Positions 39,450 through 52,969 are shown, counted from the stretch's first letter. The stretch: 64,000 bases of DNA from Pecten maximus (GCF_902652985.1 NC_047016.1:53754001-53818000); one strand, 5' to 3'. The notes: a model not told the origin generated them from the sequence alone. Made by a program: numbers and translations.

Positions 39450-41188
39450 CTAGGATGCGACCGAAAAAAAACCCACGAAAGTGGTCAGAAGGGATGCGTA
39501 TATTATGAAGCGTCAATTAAAATACGGCACAAAGAACTAAAACTGTAATGTAGCTGTTTCTTACTATGTTCCGCCCTTCTTGGATAATTCATAAATATTA
39601 TGGTGGGAGGTACAATGTTGAAATACAGTGAAGGCAATCGAAATCTGCCAAAGATGATATGGAAATACGGAAAAGGACATTCAAATCTGACAAAAATAAT
39701 GGGGAAATTTATACAGAAAAAGAAATTCAAATCTGCCACAAATACTATGGAAATACAGGAAAGAAATTCAAATTTGCCAAAAATGATGTGGAAATACAGA
39801 AAAGGAAATTGAAATCTGCCAAAGATAATATCGAAATCTAAATCTGTCAAAAATGATATGGAAACCAGAAAATGATTTAATTCTGTCAAAGATAATGTAG
39901 AAATACAAGGGAAAGAAATTCAAATTTGCCAAAATTGCTTTATTCCTCGTGTTGCATGATGAATTACATTCACAACCATTAAAGGTTACATAAAAAATAT
40001 ACATCAGACATAGCATATCGACATTACAAGATCGTTCCTTAACTTGCTTTTTGTCCGAGACAAGTATGGTTTGTGTTTTCCTTTAAAATAACAAAATTAA
40101 AGGTAGGCAGTTGTTTTTATGATAACAAAAGTTTACTAAGCCTGATGAACGAGTTCTATATGACAAAATGCAGTCTCTTGAATGTTTGAACTCTTCAATA
40201 TATTATTTCATATTAAGCCAATTTTTAGATCTGAATACATGGTTTACACTTAAAATAAATCAATATAAAATATTCTTCTCTGCTGTAAATAGCTATTTTA
40301 TACTCCAGTGAAGTACACTTGTTATTGTAAAATACGATCAAATCTAATCTTATTATTCTTAAGTTCCACTTTCCTCTGCTCTACTGTTCAACATCTTAAA
40401 ATAATTCGAAAATGATTGAAAGAGATTTTATCACAATTCTACAAGGTTCATTCTCAAGTGTAAGTCCCTCATCACAAACACAATACCCAAAGGGACATTT
40501 CACTAATGCATTGTTCAAACACATACTATGCAATGTCACAGAAACATCTACCACGGCGTCCATAATGCCATTGATTCACACAAACGAAGAATAGTCCGGA
40601 ATAACCCGAAGTCTAAATCTTTTTGTAACGGTCATAACTCATTACACAGAAACACCCCATGTTTTTCTTTATCGGGTCTCTACCAGATGTAAATGTACTA
40701 TTTTCGTTAACTTAGGCAAGAAATCTTAACAGCGATAAAATTGTATGGATTCTATATGTTAATGTATGACTACAATACTCCTGCATTGATTTCACATCAA
40801 TTTAGATGTAAAACAAATAGACAAATGATCGTTTTTTTTATATTTGAGAGACGGCCGCCATTTTGGAAACTCACTTTAAATTCAACTGCGTTCCATTATA
40901 GAGGACCGTACATTTTAGATACAACTGATACGATCCTGATCAAGGAATATTAAGATAATAGGTCACATGAACCATACATAAAACAATACAAATTCCAAAA
41001 ATCGGATTTTGCCACAACGTCCATAACCGTCATCATAAATGTGAATATACCACAAAGTCAATAGTTATCGTCATAATGCATTGTAACATGGAAAGGTCAT
41101 AATACTCGTAGCTATCGTTGCCCTCGAAATACTTTACAAAGAACGAGAATCGACCACAACGCTAAACTTGGTCATCACAACATCCATT

Positions 41189-42439
41189 TCATATGGAATG
41201 TGAGTAGGATATGGCGCCGATAGTCGACGTCATAACGCACAAAATGACCAGGAACAAAAAGAACAAAGGAATGTCAAATTTCGGCAGGATGTCCTTTAAG
41301 CAAGTTATCGTCTCTTTTCCGTTTTGATTGTTTAATTCAAACGGTTCCACAACGTTTTCTGTCGTGACGTCCAAATCATTATTGTCCTGAGGAGTTACTT
41401 GAGATCGAGTTCCATTTGTGCAGAAGCAACACACTTTCAAAATTGATGCCGGAACTGGTGTTTCTCCATACTCGATATAAAGACGAACCTGTATGACTGT
41501 TATCAGGACGATGATGACACTGAAAACCAACAGTGCGAGCAGATATATGGCCAGATAGGACACGTTTTTGGAGTTGGGTGGGAGCTCTGAGCTGATTATT
41601 CCTAGAAACACAGCGTATGACAGGTACACGGTTACACAGAACGTATTCTTCTCTTCTGACGATAAGGGAATTAGGAATACACAGATATTGAGAAACGCCA
41701 ACAGGATAATGGGAGCGATAAGTGTCAGGATAACGAATTGAGGTCTCCGCTGTAGGAGCAATAAATATTGTACAGATGAAATCGGTTCTCCGTACTCCAT
41801 TTCCAATTTTTTTACAACAGAACTCGTCAGTCTCCATTCCACATTTTCCTCGAAATAACTCGTATCAATTGATTTTGATGTTGGCATGAGCACCACTTCG
41901 GAGGTGGGAGCTTCCCACATTTCGAATTCCAAAGAGCATTGTTGTGTATCAAAAGGGTAATACGTAATATCGACTTCACACTTCACAACGAAACTGTCAG
42001 ATGGGAACCATTCAACTTCCCCGTTCGCGTGGATCCCAGCCCTTGTCTCTAACTGGGAAAGCATGTTCATTCTACCAAAGGAATTCAAAAGGACAATATT
42101 CGGCTGCCAGATTGATTTCCCATCAACATATACATGCGACACGTTACCAAAATCAGACTTATTCCAGGTTAAAGATTCGTCCACCCACTGTATGTTAAAC
42201 CAACCCGCGATTACAAGTTTCTGTGACTTTTCATTGAATTCGTTTATCGAACTCAATAGAAAGGTCATGGACACAGATAAGGCCTCACTTTGGTTGATGA
42301 GAGGCCGGATTCGATTGTCATAACCTTTAAAAATGTGTGTGTAGATATCCTTCACATCTTGTAACGTTGGTGACGAGATGGTGACATTTGTCATCAATGC
42401 CAGTAGGAACCAGGTAAATAGGATGTCCGCTGATGTCAT
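41189..42439 (-). CDS. Intronless nAChR-like pLGIC subunit B' (416 aa, non-alpha, intact)
   Basis: Paralogue of B with 27 aa differences by manual alignment; Cys-loop CEVDITYYPFDTQQC; M2 SEEKNTFCVTVYLSYAVFL. Confidence 0.93.
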   Translation of the reverse strand: MTSADILFTWFLLALMTNVTISSPTLQDVKDIYTHIFKGYDNRIRPLINQSEALSVSMTFLLSSINEFNEKSQKLVIAGWFNIQWVDESLTWNKSDFGNVSHVYVDGKSIWQPNIVLLNSFGRMNMLSQLETRAGIHANGEVEWFPSDSFVVKCEVDITYYPFDTQQCSLEFEMWEAPTSEVVLMPTSKSIDTSYFEENVEWRLTSSVVKKLEMEYGEPISSVQYLLLLQRRPQFVILTLIAPIILLAFLNICVFLIPLSSEEKNTFCVTVYLSYAVFLGIISSELPPNSKNVSYLAIYLLALLVFSVIIVLITVIQVRLYIEYGETPVPASILKVCCFCTNGTRSQVTPQDNNDLDVTTENVVEPFELNNQNGKETITCLKDILPKFDIPLFFLFLVILCVMTSTIGAISYSHSI

Positions 42440-43117
42440 ACTCAGTTCAACTCTACACATCAGAAATCTGTCAGGAATTTGTAAATCTGATGAAGAGATA
42501 AAACTGACTTTACTTATGTACAATGTGTTACAGAGAAAGAAAGTCACCCATATATTAAACCTGTTCATTTATAACCAATAACACAACTGTCTGAAGTTCT
42601 ATCTCATGGTCTGACAACGTAACAGAGCGCAAAATGTATTAATACACTAATAGCTAAAAGTTCAAGTACCTAATTAAAGATGAAACAAAGCTTTTAATTA
42701 ATAAATCAATACTGTTTACGAAGATATAGCCGTGTTCATCATACACGTGGATACCTCAAACGCTAAGCGCGTTACATTGGAGGTAGGCGTAAAAGACCAC
42801 GATGGAAATGAGATTAAGGAGAGTTTGAAATACTATCTGCGTGAATACAGCAAGAAGATCTCTACAACGTGTCTATGGGGCTTGTGACACGTGAGATGAT
42901 AAAGACATGGGATTCTCCCTCGCATGATTGAAGCTTGTTTTGTCCCATTTTACCAAACTTACAGCATGAATAGACACTCAAATCTAATAACTGTATCATC
43001 ATATCTCTCAAGCTTGTTATGTATTCTCATATCTCTAAAGCTTGCTATATATCCTTATATTTCTATATATTGCAGCTTGCGTTTTATCCTCACATTGATA
43101 TCTTTAAAGCTTGCTAT

Positions 43118-43765
43118 GGTAGCACACCACAGTAAGACAGCCTGGCCATGGGCAATTTTTTTGTTAAGCAAATAACTCCTGTATTATGATATGTATAAAA
43201 AATGAAAAAATAAATGTACACTATAATTGGTATATCCAGTATGAAGTAGTACATACAGGCTTCACATTTATTAAAACAAAAATCAATAAATTGGTTCCGG
43301 ATTTTAAATATCCGGATTTTCCGAACGTGTGTTTACACAGGAAATTTAGTTTTGCCTACAGCGCAAAATGGAAGCCCACAGAAAAGGTAAGATAGCGGAA
43401 AAACTTAATTTACAACATATGTCCAAACAAGATTAATTCTGTCTTTGGGATAGAGATATTTAATTTTAAATAGGTTTCAGAAAAAAAATTGTGTAGAGAA
43501 TTGTGCCATTTTGGGTCAAATATCATAATATTTTGCAATTTTTGAGAATTTTTTAAGCTGTTACCATGGTATTCACAGCTTTAAAATCACAGAAAATATC
43601 AGTTTACTTATCCTTCAGAGCTCTATTAAAATTGCAAATGTTGTACAGATTTCAAATATATATACTTTATTAGAGGTTATATGTAAGGTTAACTGGCAAT
43701 GTTTACATATCTAAAGCATGTGCCATATTTTTCAGAATTTGGCATTTTTACTGTACACTGCTACC
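43118..43765. mobile_element. Non-autonomous DNA transposon (MITE), copy 2 only
   Basis: Imperfect TIRs GGTAGCAcaccACAGTAA / TTACTGTacacTGCTACC and a 3-bp TAT duplication inside a minisatellite unit. GG..CC ends with a 3-bp TSD fit PIF/Harbinger or Zator; not resolved. Confidence 0.75.
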
Positions 43766-46700
43766 TATGTACTCCCATATCTCTTAAGCTTGCTATGTAT
43801 TCCCATATCTCTAAAGCCTGCTATGTATTCTCATACCTCTAAAGCTTGCTATGTACTCCCTTACCTCTAAAGCTTGCTATGAACTCCCATGTCTATAAAG
43901 CTTGCTATGTACTCCAATGTATATAAAGCTTACTATGTACTTCCATATCTCTAAAGCTTGCTATGTATTCTCATACCTCTAAAGCTTGCTATGTATTCCC
44001 ATATCTCTAAAGCTTGCTATGTACTCCCATATCTATAAAGCTTGCTATGTATTCTCATACCTCTAAAGCTTGCTATATACTCCCATATCTCTAAAGCTTG
44101 CTATGTACTCCCATATCTCTAAAGCTTGCTATGTATTACAATATTTCTATTGCTTGCTATGTACTCCCATATCTCTAAATCTTGCTATGTACTCCCATAT
44201 CTCTAAAGCTTGCTATGTATTCCCATATCTCTAAATCTTGCTATGTACTCCCATATCTCTAAATCTTGCTATGTATTCTCATACATACAAAGCTTGCTAT
44301 GTACTCCCATATCTCTAAATCTTGCTATGTACTCCCATATCTCTAAAGCTTGCTATGTACTCCCATATCTCTAAAGCTTGCTATGTATTCTCATACATCT
44401 AAAGCCTGCTATGTATTCCCATATCTCTAAAGCTTGCTATGTATTCTCATGCCTCTAAAGCTTGCTATGTACTCCCATATCTCTAAAGCTTGCTATGTAC
44501 TCTCATATCTCTAAAGCTTGCTATGTATTACAATATCTCTATTGCTTGCTATGTACTCCCATATCTCTGAAGCTTGCTATGTACTCCCATATCTCTAAAG
44601 CTTGCTATGTATTCTCATACCTCTAAAGCTTGCTATGTATTCCCATATCTCTAAAGCTTGCTATGTACTCCCATATCTATAAAGCCTGCTATGTATTCCC
44701 ATATCTCTAAAGCTTGCTATGTATTCTCATGCCTCTAAAGCTTGCTATGTACTCCCATATCTCTAAAGCTTGCTATGTACTCCCATATCTCTAAAGCTTG
44801 CTATGTATTACAATATCTCTATTGCTTGCTATGTACTCCCATATCTCTGAAGCTTGCTATGTACTCCCATATCTCTAAAGCTTGCTATGTATTCTCATAC
44901 CTCTAAAGCTTGCTATGTATTCCCATATCTCTAAAGCTTGCTATGTACTCCCATATCTATAAAGCCTGCTATGTATTCTCATACCTCTAAAGCTTGCTAT
45001 ATACTCCCATATCTCTAAAGCTTGCTATGTACTCCCATATCTCTAAAGCTTGCTATGTATTACAATATTTCTATTGCTTGCTATGTACTCCCATATCTCT
45101 GAAGCTTGCTATGTACTCCCATATCTCGCAAGCTTGCTATGTACTCCCATATCTCTAAAGCTTGCTATGTACTCCCATATCTCTAAATCTTGCTATGTAC
45201 TCCCATATCTCTAAAGCTTGCTATGTATTCCCATATCTCTAAAGCTTGCTATGTAGTCCCATATCTCTTAAACTTGCTATGTACTCCCATACCTCTAAAG
45301 CTTGCTATGTACTCCCATATCTCTAAAGCTTGCTATGTACTCCCATATCTCTAAAGCTTGCTATGTACTCCCATACCTCTAAAGCTTGCTATGTATTACA
45401 ATATCTCTATTGCTTGCTATGTACTCCCATATCTCTAAAGCTTGCTATGTACTCCCATATCTCTAAAGCTTGCTATGTACTCCCATATCTCGAAAGCTTG
45501 CTATGTACTCCCATACCTCTAAAGCTTGCTATGTATTCCCATATCTCTAAAGCTTGCTATGTACTCCCATATCTCTAAAGCTTGCTATGTATTCCCATAT
45601 CTCTAAAGCTTGCTATGTACTCCCATACCTCTAAAGCTTGCTATGTATTACAATATCTCTATTGCTTGCTATGTACTCCCATATCTCTAAAGCTTGCTAT
45701 GTACTCCCATACCTCTAAAGCTTGCTATGTATTCCCATATCTCTAAAGCTTGCTATGTACTCCCATATCTCTAAAGCTTGCTATGTACTCCCATATCTCT
45801 AAAGCTTGCTATGTACTCCCATATCTCTAAAGCTTGCTATGTATTCCCATATCTCTAAAGCTTGCTATGTACTCCCATACCTCTAAAGCTTGCTATGTAT
45901 TACAATATCTCTATTGCTTGCTATGTACTCCCATATCTCTAAAGCTTGCTATGTACTCCCATATCTCTAAAGCTTGCTATGTACTCCATATCTATAAAGC
46001 TTGCTACGTACTCCCATATCTCTAAAGCTTGCTATGTATTACAATATCTCTATTGCTTGCTATGTACTCCCATATCTCTAAAGCTTGCTATGTACTCCCA
46101 TATCTCTAAAGCTTGCTATGTACTCCCATATCTCTAAAGCTTGCTATGTATTCCCATATCTCTAAAGCTTGCTATGTACTCCATATCTATAAAGCTTGCT
46201 ATGTACTCCCATATCTCTAAAGCTTGCTATGTATTACAATATCTCTATTGCTTGCTATGTACTCCCATATCTCTAAATCTTGCTATGTACTCCCATACCT
46301 CTAAAGCTTGCTATGTATTCCCATATCTCTAAAGCTTGCTATGTACTCCTATATCTCTAAAGCTTGCTATGTATTCCCATATCTCTACAGCTTGCTATGT
46401 ACTCCCATACCTCTAAAGCTTGCTATGTATTACAATATCTCTATTGCTTGCTATGTACTCCCATATCTCTAAAGCTTGCTATGTACTCCCATATCTCTAA
46501 AGCTTGCTATGTATTCCCATATCTCTAAAGCTTGCTATGTACTCCATATCTATAAAGCTTGCTATGTACTCCCATATCTCTAAAGCTTGCTATGTATTAC
46601 AATATCTCTATTGCTTGCTATGTACTCCCATATCTCTAAAGCTTGCTATGTATTCCCATATCTCTAAAGCTTGCTATGTACCATCAAGCCTCTAAAGCTT

Positions 46701-48200
46701 GCTATGTACTCCCATATCTCTAAAGCCTGCTATGTATTCTCATACCTCTAAAGCTTGCTATTTACTCCCATATCTCTAAAGCTTGCTATGTATTCCCATA
46801 TCTCTACAGCTTGCTATGTACTCCCATGCCTCTAAAGCTTGCTATGTATTACAATATCTCTATTGCTTGCTATGTACTCCCATATCTCTAAATCTTGCTA
46901 TGTACTCCAATACCTCTAAAGCTTGCTATGTATTCCCATATCTCTAAAGCTTGCTATGTACTCCTATATCTCTAAAGCTTGCTATGTATTCCCATATCTC
47001 TACAGCTTGCTATGTACTCCCATACCTCTAAAGCTTGCTATGTATTACAATATCTCTATTGCTTGCTATGTACTCCCATATCTCTAAAGCTTGCTATGTA
47101 CTCCCATATCTCTAAAGCTTGCTATGTATTCCCATATCTCTAAAGCTTGCTATGTACTCCATATCTATAAAGCTTGCTATGTACTCCCATATCTCTAAAG
47201 CTTGCTATGTATTACAATATCTCTATTGCTTGCTATGTACTCCCATATCTCTAAAGCTTGCTATGTATTCCCATATCTCTAAAGCTTGCTATGTACCATC
47301 AAGCCTCTAAAGCTTGCTATGTACTCCCATATCTCTAAAGCCTGCTATGTATTCTCATACCTCTAAAGCTTGCTATTTACTCCCATATCTCTAAAGCTTG
47401 CTATGTATTCCCATATCTCTACAGCTTGCTATGTACTCCCATGCCTCTAAAGCTTGCTATGTATTACAATATCTCTATTGCTTGCTATGTACTCCCATAT
47501 CTCTAAAGCTTGCTATGTACTCCCATATCTCTAAAGCTTGCTATGTACTCCCATATCTCTAAAGCTTGCTATGTATTACAATATCTCTACAGCTTGCTAT
47601 GTACTCCCATACCTCTAAAGCTTGCTATGTATTCCCATATCTCTAAAGCTTGCTATGTATTCCCATATCTCTAAAGCTTGCTATGTACTCCCATATCTCT
47701 AAAGCTTGCTATGTACTCCCATATCTCTAAAGCTTGCTATGTATTCCCATATCTCTAAAGCTTGCTATGTACTCCCATACCTCTAAAGCTTGCTATGTAT
47801 TACAATATCTCTATTGCTTGCTATGTACTCCCATATCTCTATTGCTTGCTATGTACTCCCATATCTCTAAATCTTGCTATGTACTCCCATATCTCTAAAT
47901 CTTGCTATGTATTCTCATACCTCTAAAGCTTGCTATGTACTCCCATACCTCTTAAGCTTGTTATGTATTACAATATCTCTATTGCTTGCTATGTACTCCC
48001 ATATCTCTAAATCTTGCTATGTACTCCCATATCTCTAAAGCTTGCTATGTACTCCCATATCTCTAAAGCTTGCTATGTACTCCCATACCTCTAAAGCTTG
48101 CTATGTACTCCCATATCTCTAAATCTTGCTATGTACCATCAAGCCTCTAAAGCTTGCTATGTACCATCATGCCTTTAAAGCTTCGCTATGTATTATAATA
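43766..48200. repeat. 28-bp minisatellite (AAAGCTTGCTATGTACTCCCATATCTCT), ~155-160 units
   Basis: Homogeneous array with a periodically recurring variant unit (TATTACAATATCTCTATTG). Confidence 0.97.
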
Positions 48201-49456
48201 TCTCTATTGCTTGCTATGAGACCTTGTATCTCCTTATATCTTATATCATATTGACTCTGGCTGTTAAAAAGCATGTTTTACAAAAATAAACCAAATCTAT
48301 TCTCATATATCTAATACTGGGAAGCTGCAATGTATCCTCATATCTCTAAATGTAAATTTGAATTTACATATAATATTAACACTGAAGCCTATGTGAAAAC
48401 TGTTGGTTGTTTGGTTCCGACTATGGTGATCATTTACCCAAGGTGGATATATAGTCGGTAGGACACAATCCCGCGATACTTTAATGTATTAGAAATCGTC
48501 CATTATTATGATGTCCTGATCATGTTTAAATAACGTTAGCCACCATGTGCATATGACAATATGGATACTTGAAACCATGTTTATAACGCTATAATGGTAA
48601 CATGATTAACTGTAATGTTTCATTGTAATGAAATTGAATTAAGACGTTAACATCAGAATATAATAATATCAAAAAGATAGTCGCGTTTGTAAGTTTACCA
48701 GTTCTGAGCTTACCTTTTCTAAGTGAAACTTGGCATGACTTGACACTCGATGAATTTTAAAACAACATGTATACCATGGCGTCTAAGTTGGAAACAAGAG
48801 ACGAGGCGGTGTATACTCCGTATCGACCAACGGAATATTATATGTAATAACTTGTATAAACCAGTCAGTTTCGACACCGTTTAATTGATTGTGAAGTCAC
48901 AGATTATAATTGTCTTTTTTTTTTAAAGCGATTCAGGAATATCTCCTTTACCTTCATGTGTCACTCGATATATCACCTGATTACAACGTAAACAACGTGT
49001 CTTTTGGTTTGTATTGGTGCAATCACATGCGATTGATTTACAGGAAATGATTTGCTGTAACAGCGAGATAGGTGCCAACCTTTTTAATGAAGTTTGTTTT
49101 TACTGAAACGACGCGCGCTCTGCGGAAAGTACGACAAATTGATGTGGAATGACGTCATGATATGGGAAATAACATTTGTATACGATACCGCCAATAAGTT
49201 ATTAAAAGAGGTATAGCACTGTACGTTCTGTAATTATAAAACGTGTTTCTCGTTTTATATGCATAACACACATCGCTAATTAGAAATATTTACATTTCCA
49301 CTGTGTGTTCTCTATATGAAGGTACTAACAAAATAAGTGTTCATTCCTAGGTGAACAATTAACCTGCCGCGTATGAATACATAAAGTACATTGTTGACAA
49401 GTGTGACTATAAACTCGCGTTTGATTACACATGAAATAATGTTTTATCAACATTAA

Positions 49457-49458
<2 letters not shown>

Positions 49459-49487
<29 letters not shown>

Positions 49488-52136
49488 GTTTTATTTGCAC
49501 ATTAGAGGCCTCCAGCCCACAGTACCATTTCAATATACAATAAATTTTTGACGTCACATAAAATATATATACAATTGTAATATGATATAATTACATTTTC
49601 CAATGCTCAATATTTCATTTCATCTTGGAATTACACTGTACTTCAGTTAATTCATGCTATCTATAGACTATTCTGGTTTCACAAATGGATATTGACTTCT
49701 GTCTCTTAAAATGTCATATTAAGTTAAATGTTTGTTGTAATTGATCATGAGTAATTCCAGAATTAGTTGTTTTACTGGCATAATGTCTGAGGACTATTAT
49801 GTCATGGTTAATATTTCATTTTTAACATCATTTGCCTTCTTAATAAAGATTGCAACATTTCTCAATATTAAGTTATCATCTGACCCGAGTAATTTCACCA
49901 AGTTACCTAGGGAAGGGTTTACATAGCACCAACGGGGAATGAATGCAACTCGTATATCCCTCAGTATTGGGCACTTCAACATAAAATGAAGTTCATCCTC
50001 CACCTCCTTAGAATTACAGATTTTGCACAGCCTCTCCTCACGTGGAATGCCTATTTTCCTACCTAGATCGATTTCTAGTCTGTGTGTGGAGCAGCGAAGA
50101 TTGGCAAGGGCATACCTTAAGGTGAACGACATGTTACTTAAATATTGCTCTGTCATAATATATGGTTTGATTTTGCAGTAAAAATCACACTTTGACGAGT
50201 TATGAATGTATTCTGACCATTTTTGTAAATTGATGTCACAGAGTCGACGCCTGAACAACTCCATAAATGTCTTGACATCACCCACATATTGGAATTGCCA
50301 CACTAATCCAAAACCATTGCTAAAAAGGAGGTGTTTGATTTTGGTGCACCATGTAGTTTTTCCATGTTGATCCAGGTTGTGGAGCATCATATAACATTGT
50401 TTAGGGAGACGATTTTGGTCCATTTTGAATAGACGCAATAAGTACTTAATAGGTTTACACATGTACTTCACACACAACTCGTGACGTCCACACTCTCCAA
50501 TGGCTATATTATTATTGGTGTTGATACCAGTACATAGGATCCATTTACAGAATCTTTGATGGACAGCTTCTATGTCCTTTTGGTATTCAGTTCCCCATAT
50601 TTCAGCTCCATAGAATAGGATCGGAGAAATCATGGAATCAAATAGTTTGAATGCCACCTTGGGATCTCTTCTACCAAGTTTCACGAGACAACTTTTTACC
50701 ATATTTAATGCCTTGGACGCTTGTTGGGCAAGCGTTTTACATGCTTTACTCCATTTCAGACGACACGAGAAGAGAAGCCCTAGATATTTATAGTAACTAA
50801 CATTTGTGATGGTGTTACCATTATAAAACCACTTTTCAGATGCTGAGAGATGTCCACCATTTTTAAACACAATCACATTGGTTTTATCCAAGTTGACCTT
50901 CATATTCCACTTCTTGCAGTATTTTGCCAGAATGTCAAGTTTTCTCTGTAGACCAATAACCGTATCACTTATCAGTACTAAGTCATCTGCGAATAGCAGG
51001 TGGGTTAAGTTTCGGAACACTTCTGATACACAGATCCCTGTACGATACTCAAATTCCTCATTTAGCATGTGTGAAAGTTCGTTAATATAAATGGCAAATA
51101 GTAGTGGACTTAAAATACATCCTTGCCTCACTCCAGAACTACAATCAAATGGATGTGATAACGAGCCGTCAGACAGTTTAACTTCAGCCTTAACATTCGA
51201 GTACATGTCATGTAGCACAGATAATATCCGTCCATGTAGATTGTTGTGTATCATTGCATAGAATAATTTATTTTGGTCGACACAGTCAAATGCTTTGGCA
51301 AAATCTACAAATGCACATAAAACTTATTTCCTTTTTTAGAAAGGTATTTCTGTACTAAAGATTGTAGATTGAATATTTGGTCCACTGTTGAGTAACCTTT
51401 GCGGAAACCGGCCTGCTCTTCCGGTAGAATATTGTTCCTTGCTGTCCAGTTAGTTAGACGAGCACATACAATTTTGTAAATATTTTACTCATCACTGATA
51501 ATAATGATATTCCTCTGTAGTTGCCAGTGTTATTGACATCGCCTTTTTTAAATAACGGAATAATGATACCTGTGTACCAAGCTTTTGGGACTTTGCCATT
51601 ACTAAGGATAAGATTGAAAAGTTTACAAAGTAATTTGCTCATACCTATATGTAGAGTTCTTTTGTAGAATTCTCCAGGAATGGCATCCTCACCGGGTGAT
51701 TTACTGTTTTTCAGACTTCTGACTGCGGCCGTTACTTCACCATCCGTTATATTGTCATTAAGTGGTGAATTTAAGTTGGAGGCAACACACGACTCACAGT
51801 GTTGATTATGCTCACATAGAAAGTCTGACACACTCGTGGTGAATTCATCTTCAACAGATTGACCTACTGGATTCAGAAGATCTTTAAAATAATTTCTCCA
51901 ATCACTTGGGTTGATATTGTTAGTGACAAAGTCCCCTCGTTTGAGAATACACTTTATTTTATTCCAGAAAACACAAGAGTTTTTGTTACTTGCAGATGTT
52001 ATAAGCTCACTTTCAAGTGTTGCATTGTAGTCTTTGCGTTTACTCTGGCACATAGATTGATATGATTTTTTGGCATTGATGTACTTTTCAAGGAATTCCG
52101 GACTATTAGTCTTTCGAAAGTCATTTAAAAGTGTTA
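49459..52136 (-). mobile_element. 5'-truncated non-LTR retrotransposon (LINE, RTEX/CR1-group-like), frameshifted RT ORF
   Basis: RT motifs KSPGED, NYRGISLL, QAGFR, FVDFAKAFD, GVRQGCILSP and LFADD; C-terminal CxxC..EDELHF..C. AATAAA plus (ATT)n tail; 11-bp TSD CAACATTAAAA at 49448-49458 and 52137-52147. Two frameshifts between ~51300 and ~51475. Confidence 0.93.
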
Positions 52137-52765
52137 CAACATTAAAACTTGTTAATAATTGTAAAATTGAAGACAACATTTCAATATTTTTCTTTTATGA
52201 TGATTAAAATAATGAATTTGTATGGAACTATATTTTGTGTACTTGTGAACTTGATTACCTTTCCCGCCAAATTGGAACTATCTGTTATGCGGTTACATCG
52301 ATCAATCAGCTGTTTCGTCACTACGTATAACGAACGTAGAATACTGTTTCTTATGACGTTGAAAAGTAGTTTTGAAATGTAAACATATGAAATAATTGTT
52401 ATTTTTTGTTGTTCACTGGTGTAGGAACAGCATTTTTTGACAGATATTATAACATGACGCGCTAACTAATTTATTCTGTGTTTAAATTTCATGACAGGAT
52501 ATTTTTCATAATGGTCTATGTAAATATTATGGTCTAGGGTAAGGTAAATGACCATCAAGTGACGAACTATGTTTTTAATTATGGTGTATGTAAATGAACA
52601 TCAAGTGACGAACTATATTTTAATTACGGTGTATGTAAATGAACATCTAGCGACGAACTACATTTTTAATTATGGTGTATGTAAATGGCCATCAGGTGAC
52701 GAACTATATTTTTAATTACGGTGTATGTAAATGACCATCCAGTGACGAACTCTATACAGGTTATA

Positions 52766-52944
52766 GGGACCAACCAATCAATTGTTTTTCCATAGACTTT
52801 AGTGTTAACGTTTTGGAGTACGTCATTAAAATTATTGAATTCAATATGACAATTATGGTTTATAACAAAAGTTGAGGGTCTCATATAAAACGTAATAAAA
52901 AAAACTTTTCAAAAGTGTATTTTATCAATTGGTTGGTTGTTCCC
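52766..52944. mobile_element. Short MITE
   Basis: TIRs GGGACCAACCAATCAATTG / CAATTGGTTGGTTGTTCCC flanked by TATA on both sides; inserted in the first unit of the next minisatellite. Related end fragments at ~24060-24120 and ~48375-48425. Confidence 0.75.
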
Positions 52945-52969
52945 TATACGCCGATTGTTGCGTCTCTAT

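Larger units (their letters stand above)
25861..52752 (+). repeat. Segmental tandem duplication, copy 2
   Basis: Colinear with 6682-25860; lengthened by minisatellite expansion, a MITE and a LINE. Confidence 0.9.
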
